This document shows, piece by piece, positions 10,248 through 20,077 of a stretch of DNA of 64,000 bases (its first letter is position 1; every line of letters begins with the position of its first letter). The notes beneath the pieces are model-generated. The model made no database searches. It was not told the DNA's origin and saw nothing but the letters and a program-made list of their open reading frames with translations. Origin of the DNA: a virus. Its lineage: Duplodnaviria; Caudoviricetes. The position numbers and the translations under genes are program-made. The DNA is taken from positions 1-64,000 of the IMG/VR virus record IMGVR_UViG_3300002220_000189. One strand, written 5' to 3'.

Positions 10248-10867
10248 GTATTGATAAATATGATGTATATATAGCATTTAGAAGAGCTCAGGCAAAAGCA
10301 TTAAATAGACCGTTTCGCATACCCAAAGATCTTAATAAGCATTTTGAAACTAAAATAACATTATCTAATCATAATAATATTGAGAATTTGTCCAAAGCAT
10401 TTAATACACGGTGGCAAAATATTGATATTGATCGCTATCTAGATTATGGTTTTCAGTTATTCGGAAGCAATTTTTCATATAATATGTTTTTTAATCCTAA
10501 ATTAATTATGTTTTATATTGAAAAAGATAAAAATTTAAAACGTGAAACAGGGCAGATAAAAGTTAATATTGTTAATTCAGCTAAATTTGTAAAAAAGTGG
10601 ATGAAAGAAAAAAATTTGAGAAAAGATTTATCATTAATAACTCAATATTGTATGATAACAGTGGATGGTATAAAAGCCCCTATAAAACATTTTGTATTAG
10701 GGAAAGTAGATAAATATTTTATCGTGTGGCTCATTGATAAAAAATTATTAACACTGTCTGATACAGAAGAAGGATTAATACCTTTAATATGTGAAAATTA
10801 TAGAATATATTTAGATGATATAAGAAAGATTGATAAATTTTTAAAGGAATTGAGTGGGAGGATTTGA
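10244..10867 (+). CDS. Conserved phage protein (possible gp59-like helicase loader by position)
   Basis: Basic helical protein just upstream of gene 32; the function is only a positional guess. Confidence 0.35.
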   Translation: MSIDKYDVYIAFRRAQAKALNRPFRIPKDLNKHFETKITLSNHNNIENLSKAFNTRWQNIDIDRYLDYGFQLFGSNFSYNMFFNPKLIMFYIEKDKNLKRETGQIKVNIVNSAKFVKKWMKEKNLRKDLSLITQYCMITVDGIKAPIKHFVLGKVDKYFIVWLIDKKLLTLSDTEEGLIPLICENYRIYLDDIRKIDKFLKELSGRI

Positions 10868-10870
10868 ATA

Positions 10871-11008
10871 ATGACTACAAAAATAGAAGGTGAGCCGTTA
10901 TGGACCACAGATACTAAACCAACTTCAGGAAGTAAAAAACTTCTTTATGGTATAGAAGTAGAAGATGAAATTAAAGAACTTTATAATGTTATAAATTTGA
11001 ATGAATAG
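10871..11008 (+). CDS. Small hypothetical protein (45 aa, not in ORF track)
   Basis: GGGAGG RBS; MTTKIEGEPLW...INLNE*. Confidence 0.45.
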   Translation: MTTKIEGEPLWTTDTKPTSGSKKLLYGIEVEDEIKELYNVINLNE

Positions 11009-11041
11009 TATGTTTACAAGTTGTTGTAAACATAGTATAAT
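11009..11041 (+). promoter_or_regulatory. sigma70 promoter overlapped by an 11-bp perfect inverted repeat (operator-like)
   Basis: TTTACA(11013)-N17-TATAAT(11036); TATGTTTACAA-GTTG-TTGTAAACATA. Confidence 0.7.
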
Positions 11042-11152
11042 AATGATGATAATAAGCCGGAATGGCTAAAATAAAAATAAGGAGATATAAAAATGAGCAA
11101 ATGTGGAAAAATTTATCCCTTTAACTAAATATATGTAGTGGAGGGATAGATA

Positions 11153-11854
11153 ATGGGAAAAAGATTATATGAAATAGAAAATATTGATGTGTTTAAAAAA
11201 TTATCATCATTGTCATCATATTGGTTAGGTTTTATTGCTGCTGATGGATATATAAGTGATAAAGGAAATGTTGTTGGAATAGGATTAAATAAGAAGGATT
11301 TACAACATCTTGAAAATTTCAAATCATTTTTAGGGAGTTTTCATCCAATAATATATAGAAAAGAAGTAGAATCAACCGTAATTAGAATTACGAGTAAAAT
11401 TGTAAAAGATGATATAAGAAAATGGCTACCAACTAAATCATTAAAGGGTGCAGAAGATAGTATGATAAAAATAATACCTGATGATTTTAAAAGATATTTT
11501 ATAGCAGGATATTTTGATGGAGATGGAAGTGTATTCTCTTATAATAAAATAGGAAAATATAAAGATAAAATCTATAATCCTATTGAACAATATGTTGTTA
11601 GTATAGTAGGTAATTATAATACTATATCAGATATTAATGAATTTTTACAAAAATATTATAATTTCAATAAACTTACGATTGTTAAAAATGATAATGTAAG
11701 CAGAGTAGCATGGACATCAAAAACGGATATTTCAGAGTTTTTTAAATTATATATTTCATCACCTTTACAACTGGAAAGAAAATTGATAAAATATAATTAT
11801 ATTATAGATAAATTACAAAATAAGAATGGCCGGAATGGCAAAAGGAGGAATTAA
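11153..11854 (+). CDS. Free-standing double-motif LAGLIDADG homing endonuclease
   Basis: WLGFIAADG and FIAGYFDGDG, LERK. Confidence 0.9.
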   Translation: MGKRLYEIENIDVFKKLSSLSSYWLGFIAADGYISDKGNVVGIGLNKKDLQHLENFKSFLGSFHPIIYRKEVESTVIRITSKIVKDDIRKWLPTKSLKGAEDSMIKIIPDDFKRYFIAGYFDGDGSVFSYNKIGKYKDKIYNPIEQYVVSIVGNYNTISDINEFLQKYYNFNKLTIVKNDNVSRVAWTSKTDISEFFKLYISSPLQLERKLIKYNYIIDKLQNKNGRNGKRRN

Positions 11855-11855
11855 A

Positions 11856-12803
11856 ATGTCACGTTGGATAGATAAAGATTTATTCGCAAAGTATGTAGAG
11901 CAAAAAGAAAGAGAAATTGATGCACCACCTTCTGGTGGATTACGAAGGTCTGATTTTGTGTGGCCAACACCAGCACCAGGAACAGCAGAAAAACCAAAAG
12001 TTTATGAAGGTAGACTTCTTCAAGACCCAAAAGGACTTTTTACAAAAAAATATTATTATCATATGTGGAAAAGCAATGATAAAATGGTATTTTATCTTTG
12101 TCCTAAAACAGATGATTTTAGTAATTGGTGTGCGTTATGCGCAATTACTTCAAAACTTTATACAGGAACAGAATCTGATAAGAAATTGGCATATGAAGTA
12201 AAAAGGAAAGAACGTCATATTGCAAACTTTTATATTGTTAATGATCCAAGAGATAGAGATGTTGATGATGTAAATAAAAAATCTACTGGAAAAGTAAAGA
12301 TTTACGAATTTCCATCAAAATTAGAATCTAAAATTAAAGATGTTTTACTTGATAAGCAAGAAGGATTGGGATATGCTATTTTTGATCCTGATGCAAATGG
12401 ATTTAATTTACTTGTTAAGGTATCAACTACAAAGGCAGATAAGTCAGGTAAAATATATCCAGATTATTCTAATTCATTATTTTCAAGACGTTCATCAACT
12501 TTAGGAACACAATCTGAAATTGAATCTATAATGAAACAGAGATTTAGTTTAAATGACTATTTAAATGATTTAAAAACTAAAGATTCAGATTTAAAAGCTA
12601 TTTTGAAAAATGAGAGATTATGGGATTTGATTGAAGATGAATGGAATAGGATGAAAGGTAGTACATCTAATTTATTAAGTGGAACGCCACCTACAAAAGT
12701 TGAATCTGATCCAGATTCTATGGATGATGAAGATGATGTAAAAGATTATGATCCAGATATATCTTCAGAAGAAGATTTATTGAAAGAATTGGAAAATTTA
12801 TAA
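11856..12803 (+). CDS. gp32: Single-stranded DNA-binding protein, T4 gp32-like (start MSRW at 11856)
   Basis: AGGAGG RBS; H...CP...C.LC Zn motif, GKVKIYEF, IFDP..GFN, YPDYSNS, acidic tail EEDLLKELENL. Confidence 0.85.
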   Translation: MSRWIDKDLFAKYVEQKEREIDAPPSGGLRRSDFVWPTPAPGTAEKPKVYEGRLLQDPKGLFTKKYYYHMWKSNDKMVFYLCPKTDDFSNWCALCAITSKLYTGTESDKKLAYEVKRKERHIANFYIVNDPRDRDVDDVNKKSTGKVKIYEFPSKLESKIKDVLLDKQEGLGYAIFDPDANGFNLLVKVSTTKADKSGKIYPDYSNSLFSRRSSTLGTQSEIESIMKQRFSLNDYLNDLKTKDSDLKAILKNERLWDLIEDEWNRMKGSTSNLLSGTPPTKVESDPDSMDDEDDVKDYDPDISSEEDLLKELENL

Positions 12804-12826
12804 AAAATTTTAATTATTTTATAAAG

Positions 12827-12865
12827 AAAACCCATTATAGAAATTATAATGGGTTTTTTATTTTT
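12827..12865 (+). terminator. Rho-independent terminator
   Basis: AAAACCCATTATA-loop-TATAATGGGTTTT followed by T-tract. Confidence 0.8.
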
Positions 12866-12870
12866 CTTTA

Positions 12871-12901
12871 TATAAATAAATATGGTAAATTTTTATAAAT
12901 A
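12871..12901 (+). promoter_or_regulatory. Two T4-type late promoters
   Basis: TATAAATA at 12871 and 12894. Confidence 0.65.
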
Positions 12902-12908
12902 ATACATA

Positions 12909-15563
12909 ATGAAATATTTTTCAAGGAAGAATATAATGAGATTTAATGATTATATAGAAGAAGCATTTACTGGTAAGAAAAAATCAGATAAGAAAAAGCC
13001 AGTAAGAACTACTAATGTTATAACTCCTGTTAAAAAATTAGAACAGCAAAAAAAACATAGTGGTACAACAAAAACAGTTCCTTCAAATACAGAAGAAAAA
13101 CAAATAAGTCAGGCAACAAAAAATTGGTGGAATTCACATTCAGAAGAAATGCAGAAAGCCCATGTAAAAGAACATCCAGAAGGTATTATTGCGAAACTTG
13201 TTGCATCTAATAAATTGAAATATGGTGTGAAAACTGATGGTTCTGGCCCTACTGGAAAAGTTGGTCCAGATGGTAAAGTAAAAGATACTGAAAAATCAGA
13301 AGAAAAACCAGAAGATCAAACAGGTACTGAACAACAAGAAACTCCTTTAAAGAAACATTTATTTTCATTCGATGCTTTTAAGTTGAGTGGTCATAAGATT
13401 GAATTTGATAAGGAAACTATAAAGCATGCTGAAAAAGTTGCTGATGATATTGCTGATGTTCTGGATAAAAAATATCATTACGGGAAATCGGAGCCGGGTT
13501 CATTTGGTCATGAAACTAACATCTCTATGGCAAAATACGCTCTGAATGCAATAAAAAATGGTGAAAAAGATCCTGATAAAATAGCTGCTGAAGTCCATAG
13601 AGGATGGGGTGCTGCTGTTGAAGAATATTATAAAGATGATGAAAAAGAAGAAATAAACAATATAGAAAACAATATAAATGAAATGAATATATTTAAAAGT
13701 ATTTTGCTTAATGAAGGAGGAACACCTGAACAGAAGAAAGCTATTATAAAAGCAAAAGCTGAAGGATATGAATATTTAGGTCGTAGTGTATGGAAAGGTA
13801 ATGATGGTAATTTAATTAAAATAAAAGATGGTAAACGTAAAAAACTAACAGATAAAGAAAAATCATCATTTATAGATGATTCTGATTTAGAACAACCTAG
13901 AAAAGCTTTAGCACGAACCGATTATTCAAAATTGCCAGTAGATCAAAAAGAAAAACTTAAAAATATTGCAAAAGAAACAATTTCTGCCCAAAAGAAAAAA
14001 AAGATTGAAGATAAACAAAAAGAAGAAATAAAAGGTACTTCAAAACTTAAAGGTACTCCAGCATCTAAACCTATTATTATCAATGGTAAGGTTAAAACTC
14101 TTATAAAGACTAAAACATCAAAATCTGATATATGGAATAAAGAAAATTCACAAACTATAGAAAATATTCTGAAAAATAATAAAAACTATCAAGGTGAAGA
14201 TATTTCTGCTCCAGGAAATCCTTATAAAATACCAGATTTCGTTAGCAAATCCGATAAGTTTCCTAAAAAATATGCACAAGTAATAGAAGCAATGATGAAT
14301 ACAAGAACCACTGGTAAGGGTGGATTTGAACCGCCTATATCATATTTTATTAAAGATTCTGCAGGTGCTGGTAGAATTAATGCGCAAGCAGGAGAATTAC
14401 TTACAATGGTGTCTGTATCAATGTCTGATGATGAATTTAAAGATTTTAAAAAATCTATGATTGATCATATGGATTCAACAAGAGATAAGAATGATACAGA
14501 TTTTATTATAAATAAAGACTGGATTAAAGCTGCAGAAAATAATAGAAAAGCAATATTGAATAGAATTAGTAGAGAATATAAAACAAAAGATCCATCTTCC
14601 TTGATTGTAAATACTTGTTGGGATACCAAAGAAGAAGTAGAATCAATGGGTATGACAGATTATGATAAAAATAAAGGATTTTCAACTGATATTTATATTA
14701 AAATACGAGACAAAAATGGTGATGAATTAATCAATGAAATATCACTTAAAAAAGATAAAAATGTTAACTTTTTAAACTCTGGAACTGGAAAACTTAGAGA
14801 ATGGGATAAAAATCTTCCTAAAGATGCTGATATGGGCGTATATTCGTCAACACAAAAAGATATGTTATTAAAATTAGATATTAAAAAAACACAAAAAGTT
14901 CTTGAACAGACTATGACACCAGAGGTTAAAGAAGCTCTTGAACAAATGAAAAAGAAAAAATTAACATTAGAACAAGTAATGGAAAAACCTAATAGAGAAA
15001 AGAAAAAAATACTCAAATTGATTCATACAGCTCTTGCTGCACACGGTGATGAAGACTCTATTAAAATATTGGATGATTTGAAAATCCATGAAAAGAAATA
15101 TCAAGAGGCAGTAATAAGAGAACTCGCTAATAATCAGAAAATAAAAGATAAAATGCTTGAAGAAATTAGAAGTGAATTTCCATTGAAGGGTGTATTAGAT
15201 AGGGAAGAAACAATGGCTATTGGTGATATGTCAGTTGATGTTGATACCATAAAAGAGATTTTCAAAACTGATAAATGGGAGAATATCAAAGAAAGTCTTA
15301 AATCATATAAAGGACCTCCGCCATTTATAGGATATGAAGCAGATACAGGAAAAGAAATTATTCCAATTGCTGAAATTGGAATTAGAGAGGATGGAACTGG
15401 TTATGGTGGGACATGGAAATTTGAAATGAAAATGGCAAAAGAATTTGCCAAAAAACTTAATGAAGCAAATAAAAATATTGAAAGTTCTAGTAAGAATGAA
15501 AGCCATGTTTCACGATGGCTTACAGATACAGATAGTTATATAATTGAAAAATTTAGGATATAG
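12909..15563 (+). CDS. Large multidomain putative internal virion protein (likely start 12936 MRFNDYIEE); RyR-like segment and C-terminal PD-(D/E)XK-like domain
   Basis: Late promoter; CTS-like N-terminus; IAAEVHRGW...YSKLPVDQKEK; STDIY...EISLKK. Confidence 0.5.
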   Translation: MKYFSRKNIMRFNDYIEEAFTGKKKSDKKKPVRTTNVITPVKKLEQQKKHSGTTKTVPSNTEEKQISQATKNWWNSHSEEMQKAHVKEHPEGIIAKLVASNKLKYGVKTDGSGPTGKVGPDGKVKDTEKSEEKPEDQTGTEQQETPLKKHLFSFDAFKLSGHKIEFDKETIKHAEKVADDIADVLDKKYHYGKSEPGSFGHETNISMAKYALNAIKNGEKDPDKIAAEVHRGWGAAVEEYYKDDEKEEINNIENNINEMNIFKSILLNEGGTPEQKKAIIKAKAEGYEYLGRSVWKGNDGNLIKIKDGKRKKLTDKEKSSFIDDSDLEQPRKALARTDYSKLPVDQKEKLKNIAKETISAQKKKKIEDKQKEEIKGTSKLKGTPASKPIIINGKVKTLIKTKTSKSDIWNKENSQTIENILKNNKNYQGEDISAPGNPYKIPDFVSKSDKFPKKYAQVIEAMMNTRTTGKGGFEPPISYFIKDSAGAGRINAQAGELLTMVSVSMSDDEFKDFKKSMIDHMDSTRDKNDTDFIINKDWIKAAENNRKAILNRISREYKTKDPSSLIVNTCWDTKEEVESMGMTDYDKNKGFSTDIYIKIRDKNGDELINEISLKKDKNVNFLNSGTGKLREWDKNLPKDADMGVYSSTQKDMLLKLDIKKTQKVLEQTMTPEVKEALEQMKKKKLTLEQVMEKPNREKKKILKLIHTALAAHGDEDSIKILDDLKIHEKKYQEAVIRELANNQKIKDKMLEEIRSEFPLKGVLDREETMAIGDMSVDVDTIKEIFKTDKWENIKESLKSYKGPPPFIGYEADTGKEIIPIAEIGIREDGTGYGGTWKFEMKMAKEFAKKLNEANKNIESSSKNESHVSRWLTDTDSYIIEKFRI

Positions 15564-15566
15564 ACT

Positions 15567-15890
15567 ATGGAATTTAATGTAAGAAATATAGTAAGTTCTA
15601 TTGCATTAGCAATCACTATTGTAACTGGTGTATTTACTATTGATGCGAGATATGCAACATCAGAAGATTTAAAACATACTGAAATTCAGTTAGTACAAAC
15701 ATTAGAGCGTTTCAAATCTGATATGGTTCAGGATAGATTGCAACAACGATATATTACTCTTACTGATCAAGCAATGCAACTGAAAATTTTGATGAAAAAG
15801 AATCCATCTGATATGGAGCTGAAAGAAGATTATAATATAATAGAACAAGAGCGTCAAGAAGTAAAAAAGAAATTAGAGGATAAAAGATGA
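15567..15890 (+). CDS. Membrane-anchored coiled-coil protein
   Basis: N-terminal TM segment followed by heptad-rich tail. Confidence 0.5.
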   Translation: MEFNVRNIVSSIALAITIVTGVFTIDARYATSEDLKHTEIQLVQTLERFKSDMVQDRLQQRYITLTDQAMQLKILMKKNPSDMELKEDYNIIEQERQEVKKKLEDKR

Positions 15891-16390
15891 GACTGAAGAA
15901 ATTTATTGAGTTAGATGATGCTAATATTGTCATCAAACCAGTTTCAGATTGTTCAAAAGAAGAAATAAATATGTTTTTTGATATGGTAGATGATGCAAAT
16001 GAAGCATATATATCAAAAAGTGATGTAAAAAGATATGGTAAATTGTTAGGATTTTATTATATTGATGATGATTTAGCAGCTGTTTCTGCTATAAAGAAAC
16101 CATATAGAAGAAGAAATACTTTTGAAAATGCTAATGTAACAGAAGATCCTAATGACTATCCTTATGAATTAGGTTGGTCATATACTAAACCAGAGTATCA
16201 AAGACAGGGAATAAGTTATAAATTATCAATGACATTAATAAAAAAAATAAATACTGGTGTTTTTGCTACTGTGAGAACAACAAATAATGAATCAATAAAA
16301 AATCTTATAAAACGAGGATTTAGAAAAATAGGTGATCCTATGGATGTCGGTGTTTTTAGTATTTTTCTTTTTATCCGTGAAAAAATATGA
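15887..16390 (+). CDS. GNAT acetyltransferase
   Basis: ELGW.YTKPEYQRQGIS, N..S...L.KRGF. Confidence 0.8.
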   Translation: MRLKKFIELDDANIVIKPVSDCSKEEINMFFDMVDDANEAYISKSDVKRYGKLLGFYYIDDDLAAVSAIKKPYRRRNTFENANVTEDPNDYPYELGWSYTKPEYQRQGISYKLSMTLIKKINTGVFATVRTTNNESIKNLIKRGFRKIGDPMDVGVFSIFLFIREKI

Positions 16391-16440
16391 AAATATTTGG
16401 AATTATTTTATATTAAAAGAATTAAGTTGAGGAAAATAAA

Positions 16441-16749
16441 ATGAGATTATTAGAATTTTTAACCGAAAGTGATTTTGATAAACTTGCTAGATGGGGGCAT
16501 ACATTTGGAAAAAATCATGGAATAATGCCTGATGAGAAGGGATTTCATTCTTTATGTGTTGAACATATGGAAGGTAAAATAGATGATGCACCAGCATATT
16601 GTGCAAGAGTAAAAGACGCATATTTTGGAAGTCAGCACTGGCGTGGCAAGGGTAAATCTGAAAAACAGGTTAAGGCAGATGTGAAAGCCAATCCAGATTA
16701 TCCAAAGGGGAAACGAGAACCAATAAATAAAAAAGAAAAAGAAAAATAA
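16441..16749 (+). CDS. Hypothetical protein with CTS-like N-terminus
   Basis: MRLLEFLTE; RBS GAGG. Confidence 0.55.
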   Translation: MRLLEFLTESDFDKLARWGHTFGKNHGIMPDEKGFHSLCVEHMEGKIDDAPAYCARVKDAYFGSQHWRGKGKSEKQVKADVKANPDYPKGKREPINKKEKEK

Positions 16750-16781
16750 TTTACATTTCCTCGCCAATAAGAACACTTTTC

Positions 16782-16789
16782 TATAAATA
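16782..16789 (+). promoter_or_regulatory. Late promoter upstream of homing endonuclease
   Basis: TATAAATA. Confidence 0.6.
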
Positions 16790-16815
16790 GATGCAGGAAT
16801 TCTTTTTACAGGAAT

Positions 16816-17712
16816 ATGGTAAATATGATAATATATAAGGCAATAAATTTAGTAAATGGAAGATGTTATATAGGTCAAACAATACAAAAATTAGAAAATA
16901 GACAAAAACACCATATAAGAGCATCTAGAGAAAATTATGATAATATGGTATTTCATAAGGCTATAAGAAAGTATGGTATAGATAATATATCATGGGAAAT
17001 ATTATGTGAATGTAGTGATAAAAATGAAATGGATTTTATGGAAAAATATTTTATTCGATTTTATAATTCAAAGACACCTAATGGATATAACATAACAGAT
17101 GGTGGTGATGGATGTTTTGGATATAAGCATACAGAAAAGCATAAAAAGTATATTGGAGAAAAATTAAAGGGATATAAACATTCAGAAGAAGCTAAAAAGA
17201 GAATGGGTGAAAGTGGTAGAGGAAAAAAAAATGCCATATGGATTTGGTGAAAAAATTAGTGCACGGTTAAGAATTAATAATAATTGGAAAGGTAAAAAGC
17301 ATAGTGTAGAATCAAGAAAGAAAATGTCTGAAAAACAAAAAGAAATTTCTTATAAAATACATACATTGGAATCTAATAAAAAACGATCTGAAACATTGAA
17401 AGGAAGAGTGATTTCTGACGAAACAAGAAAAAAATGAGTATAACAGCATCAAAACTTTATTTATCGGTATATGGAATGGAATTAAAGAAAAAAATATCAC
17501 AACCAGGTGAAAAAAATTCTCAATATAAATATTATTGGAAAGTTAAAAATGTTATCACTGGTAACATTGAAATTATTAAAAATAAAACTGAGTGGTGTAA
17601 AAAGAATGATATTAGTTTGGGAATGGCTAAATATCACTCAAAAACTGAAAAAGAATATAAAGGATTTATAATAAAGAGGTTTTTAGATGAAAATAATAAA
17701 CAAAATAAATAA
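16816..17712 (+). pseudogene. GIY-YIG/NUMOD3 homing endonuclease broken by two homopolymer frameshifts
   Basis: IIYKAIN..YIGQT, GYNITDGG; continues through 17207-17437 and 17434-17712 after A9 (~17223-31) and A7 (~17428-34) runs. Confidence 0.75.
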
Positions 17713-17719
17713 ATATTTA

Positions 17720-17860
17720 ATGATTGATGAAGGATTAACAATTCATTATACTTGTGAAAAATGCCCTAGTAGATATGGGTTTAAATGTAGAATACTTGAT
17801 AGAAAAATTAATCCTAAAGGTGAGCCACCAAAAGATTGCCCATTGAGGAGAAGACGATAA
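17720..17860 (+). CDS. Small Cys-rich protein (46 aa)
   Basis: CEKCP...C...DCPL. Confidence 0.45.
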   Translation: MIDEGLTIHYTCEKCPSRYGFKCRILDRKINPKGEPPKDCPLRRRR

Positions 17861-17863
17861 AGA

Positions 17864-17892
17864 TTGACATTCTATAAGTTATATGTTATTAT
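17864..17892 (+). promoter_or_regulatory. sigma70 promoter with extended -10
   Basis: TTGACA-N17-TATTAT, TG upstream. Confidence 0.7.
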
Positions 17893-17930
17893 ATTTTAAT
17901 AGATAAATTTTATTTGAATAGGAAAATAAT

Positions 17931-18209
17931 ATGTCAAAAGAAATTGTTATTAAATGGGGTAAATGCCCTAAATGTTCTGGTAAGGGATTTTATTTTGGGG
18001 AACCTAGAGATTCAAATTTGATTGATATTTGTATGTTATGTTTTGGAGAAGGAAAGATAAAAATAAATAGCGATATGAAAATTTGTGGAAAATGTAAAGG
18101 AAAAGGAATAGTAATGTTACGACACAGAACATCTTTTGGAATACAGCAAATACCCGGAAAATGTGATAGATGTGATGGTAAATGTATAGTATTGAAGGAT
18201 GATAAGTAA
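17931..18209 (+). CDS. DnaJ-type zinc finger protein
   Basis: Four CxxCxGxG-like repeats. Confidence 0.75.
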   Translation: MSKEIVIKWGKCPKCSGKGFYFGEPRDSNLIDICMLCFGEGKIKINSDMKICGKCKGKGIVMLRHRTSFGIQQIPGKCDRCDGKCIVLKDDK

Positions 18210-18239
18210 AAATAGGAGAACAAACATAATAAAAAAAAT

Positions 18240-18821
18240 ATGAAAATAACTGAAAAAATTGATAGGTATCTTATAGGAGAAGCGAAGGGTGTATATATAA
18301 GAAAAGTTAATCCATTTTCTACCGGTAAAAAAAGAGATAAATTTCAAACACTTATAGATAATGAATTAGAAAAATTAGGATTTAAATATACAGGATATTC
18401 TCATAATAAGATGTGGTATAAGTATATTTTAAAATTTAACTATAAAAATAATTTGATTCCTATTAATATATCGTTTGCGATGAGAGATATAAATGAGAAT
18501 GGTACTATCTATTTTAAAGTATATGGTAATATGGGTGATTTTGAATTATGGAGAGATTGGAATGGATGGGGTAGATTTCATGCATACGATTTAGACAATC
18601 CTACACCAGAATATTATGCGAAAAAAATATTTGATTATATTACATCTGAAAGTGAAAAAGATGATGAATTTGGTAATAATAGTATAAAAAAAGATATATT
18701 AGATGCTTTAAATAAAACATTTCGTAAGTTACCAGATGAGGATATTAGTAAGTTTGTAGAATATTTAGCAAGTGGGCGTTATAAAATTGATGCTATGAAA
18801 CGTGCTTTTGGTGGATTATGA
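18240..18821 (+). CDS. Hypothetical protein with CTS-like N-terminus
   Basis: MKITEKIDRYLIGE. Confidence 0.5.
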   Translation: MKITEKIDRYLIGEAKGVYIRKVNPFSTGKKRDKFQTLIDNELEKLGFKYTGYSHNKMWYKYILKFNYKNNLIPINISFAMRDINENGTIYFKVYGNMGDFELWRDWNGWGRFHAYDLDNPTPEYYAKKIFDYITSESEKDDEFGNNSIKKDILDALNKTFRKLPDEDISKFVEYLASGRYKIDAMKRAFGGL

Positions 18822-19345
18822 GTAACGGAAAAAGAAAGGGATCTAATTTTGAAAGAGAGATAGCTAAAACATTATCTGTATGGGTAAATGGAGAATCAAA
18901 GCCTTATGTGTTTTGGAGAAGTCCATCATCTGGATCATTAGCAACTATAGCAGAAAGTATGGATGCTTCAGGAGATTTAATAGCATTGAGACCAGAAGGT
19001 AAGTTTCTTACTGATAGATTCAGCATAGAATTGAAAACAGGATATGAAGATGTGGATTTTATGAAGCATTTTAAAGATAATAAAAACAATATTATTGAAG
19101 ATTTTTGGAAACAATGTATTAGAGATGCAAGAAAAGCTAATAAATACGGAATGTTGATATTCAGAAAGAAGGGATATCAACCTATTATTGGTATTGAATT
19201 AATAGTAAATTCACTTATAAAAGAAGTGTGTAATTTACCAAAAAGTCTGGTTTTACTTTTTGAAAATGATACACCAGCAATCGTGTTTTATGATTTTAAT
19301 CAATTTTTTGAAAAAGTAAAACCCGAAATGATACAAACTATTTAA
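18818..19345 (+). CDS. Holliday junction resolvase (Hjc-like PD-(D/E)XK)
   Basis: GKRKGSNFEREIA, RSPSSG, GDL, IELK. Confidence 0.8.
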   Translation: MSNGKRKGSNFEREIAKTLSVWVNGESKPYVFWRSPSSGSLATIAESMDASGDLIALRPEGKFLTDRFSIELKTGYEDVDFMKHFKDNKNNIIEDFWKQCIRDARKANKYGMLIFRKKGYQPIIGIELIVNSLIKEVCNLPKSLVLLFENDTPAIVFYDFNQFFEKVKPEMIQTI

Positions 19346-19363
19346 TGTAGAGAGATAAAATAA

Positions 19364-19720
19364 ATGCCGTCATTACATCTTAAAAGTTCGCAGTTTTCAG
19401 ATATTGTTATATGTTTTTTATTAGATAAACTTATGCATCCTGGCGAAGTTATACCGGTTGAAATAAATGAAAAGTTTGATGATTTATCAATAGTTATGTC
19501 TAATAAAGGATTAAGAACTGTCTTTTTACAATATTATATGAATATGGACCCTAAACTTAGAATACAATATAAACTTATACGAGAAGTGTTTACAGATAGT
19601 AATCAAACAGAAACATCGTTTATACGTATTGATAAGGAGCATATTCCAGAAAAACCAACAATAATAGGAAAAACTAGAAAATTTTTGAAAAAAGTTCTAA
19701 CTTTAGGACTTATAAAATAA
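19364..19720 (+). CDS. Hypothetical protein
   Basis: ORF in operon context. Confidence 0.5.
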   Translation: MPSLHLKSSQFSDIVICFLLDKLMHPGEVIPVEINEKFDDLSIVMSNKGLRTVFLQYYMNMDPKLRIQYKLIREVFTDSNQTETSFIRIDKEHIPEKPTIIGKTRKFLKKVLTLGLIK

Positions 19721-19736
19721 TTGGAGAAAACAAATA

Positions 19737-20042
19737 ATGGGTGAATTAACAAATAAAATCAATAAATATTTATATGAAACAAATTATGATGATGAAGATG
19801 ATATACTAAAAGAAATGGAAAATGATGTAGAAATTGCTATAAAATTAATTAGAGAAGAGTTTGATGATGCCGAAAATGATTTATATCGTAAAATAGAACC
19901 AATTATTGCAAGATATAAACGACATTATGGAAAAAATAATGATATATTTAATGACTTTATTTCAAGAATTTCTGAAATTCTTGAATCATTTGTTTCAATA
20001 AATGAAAATATTGTGGAAAGAATAGAAGATAAATTTTTTTAA
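19737..20042 (+). CDS. Acidic hypothetical protein; start region duplicated with the next gene
   Basis: MGELTNKINKYLYE. Confidence 0.55.
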   Translation: MGELTNKINKYLYETNYDDEDDILKEMENDVEIAIKLIREEFDDAENDLYRKIEPIIARYKRHYGKNNDIFNDFISRISEILESFVSINENIVERIEDKFF

Positions 20043-20077
20043 GAGTATATAAAATAAAAATAGAGAGGAAACAAATA

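Noticed and set aside
11826-11855. N-terminal extension MAGMAKGGIK of gp32
   Set aside because: It is the leader hairpin and RBS; the start at 11856 fits AGGAGG spacing
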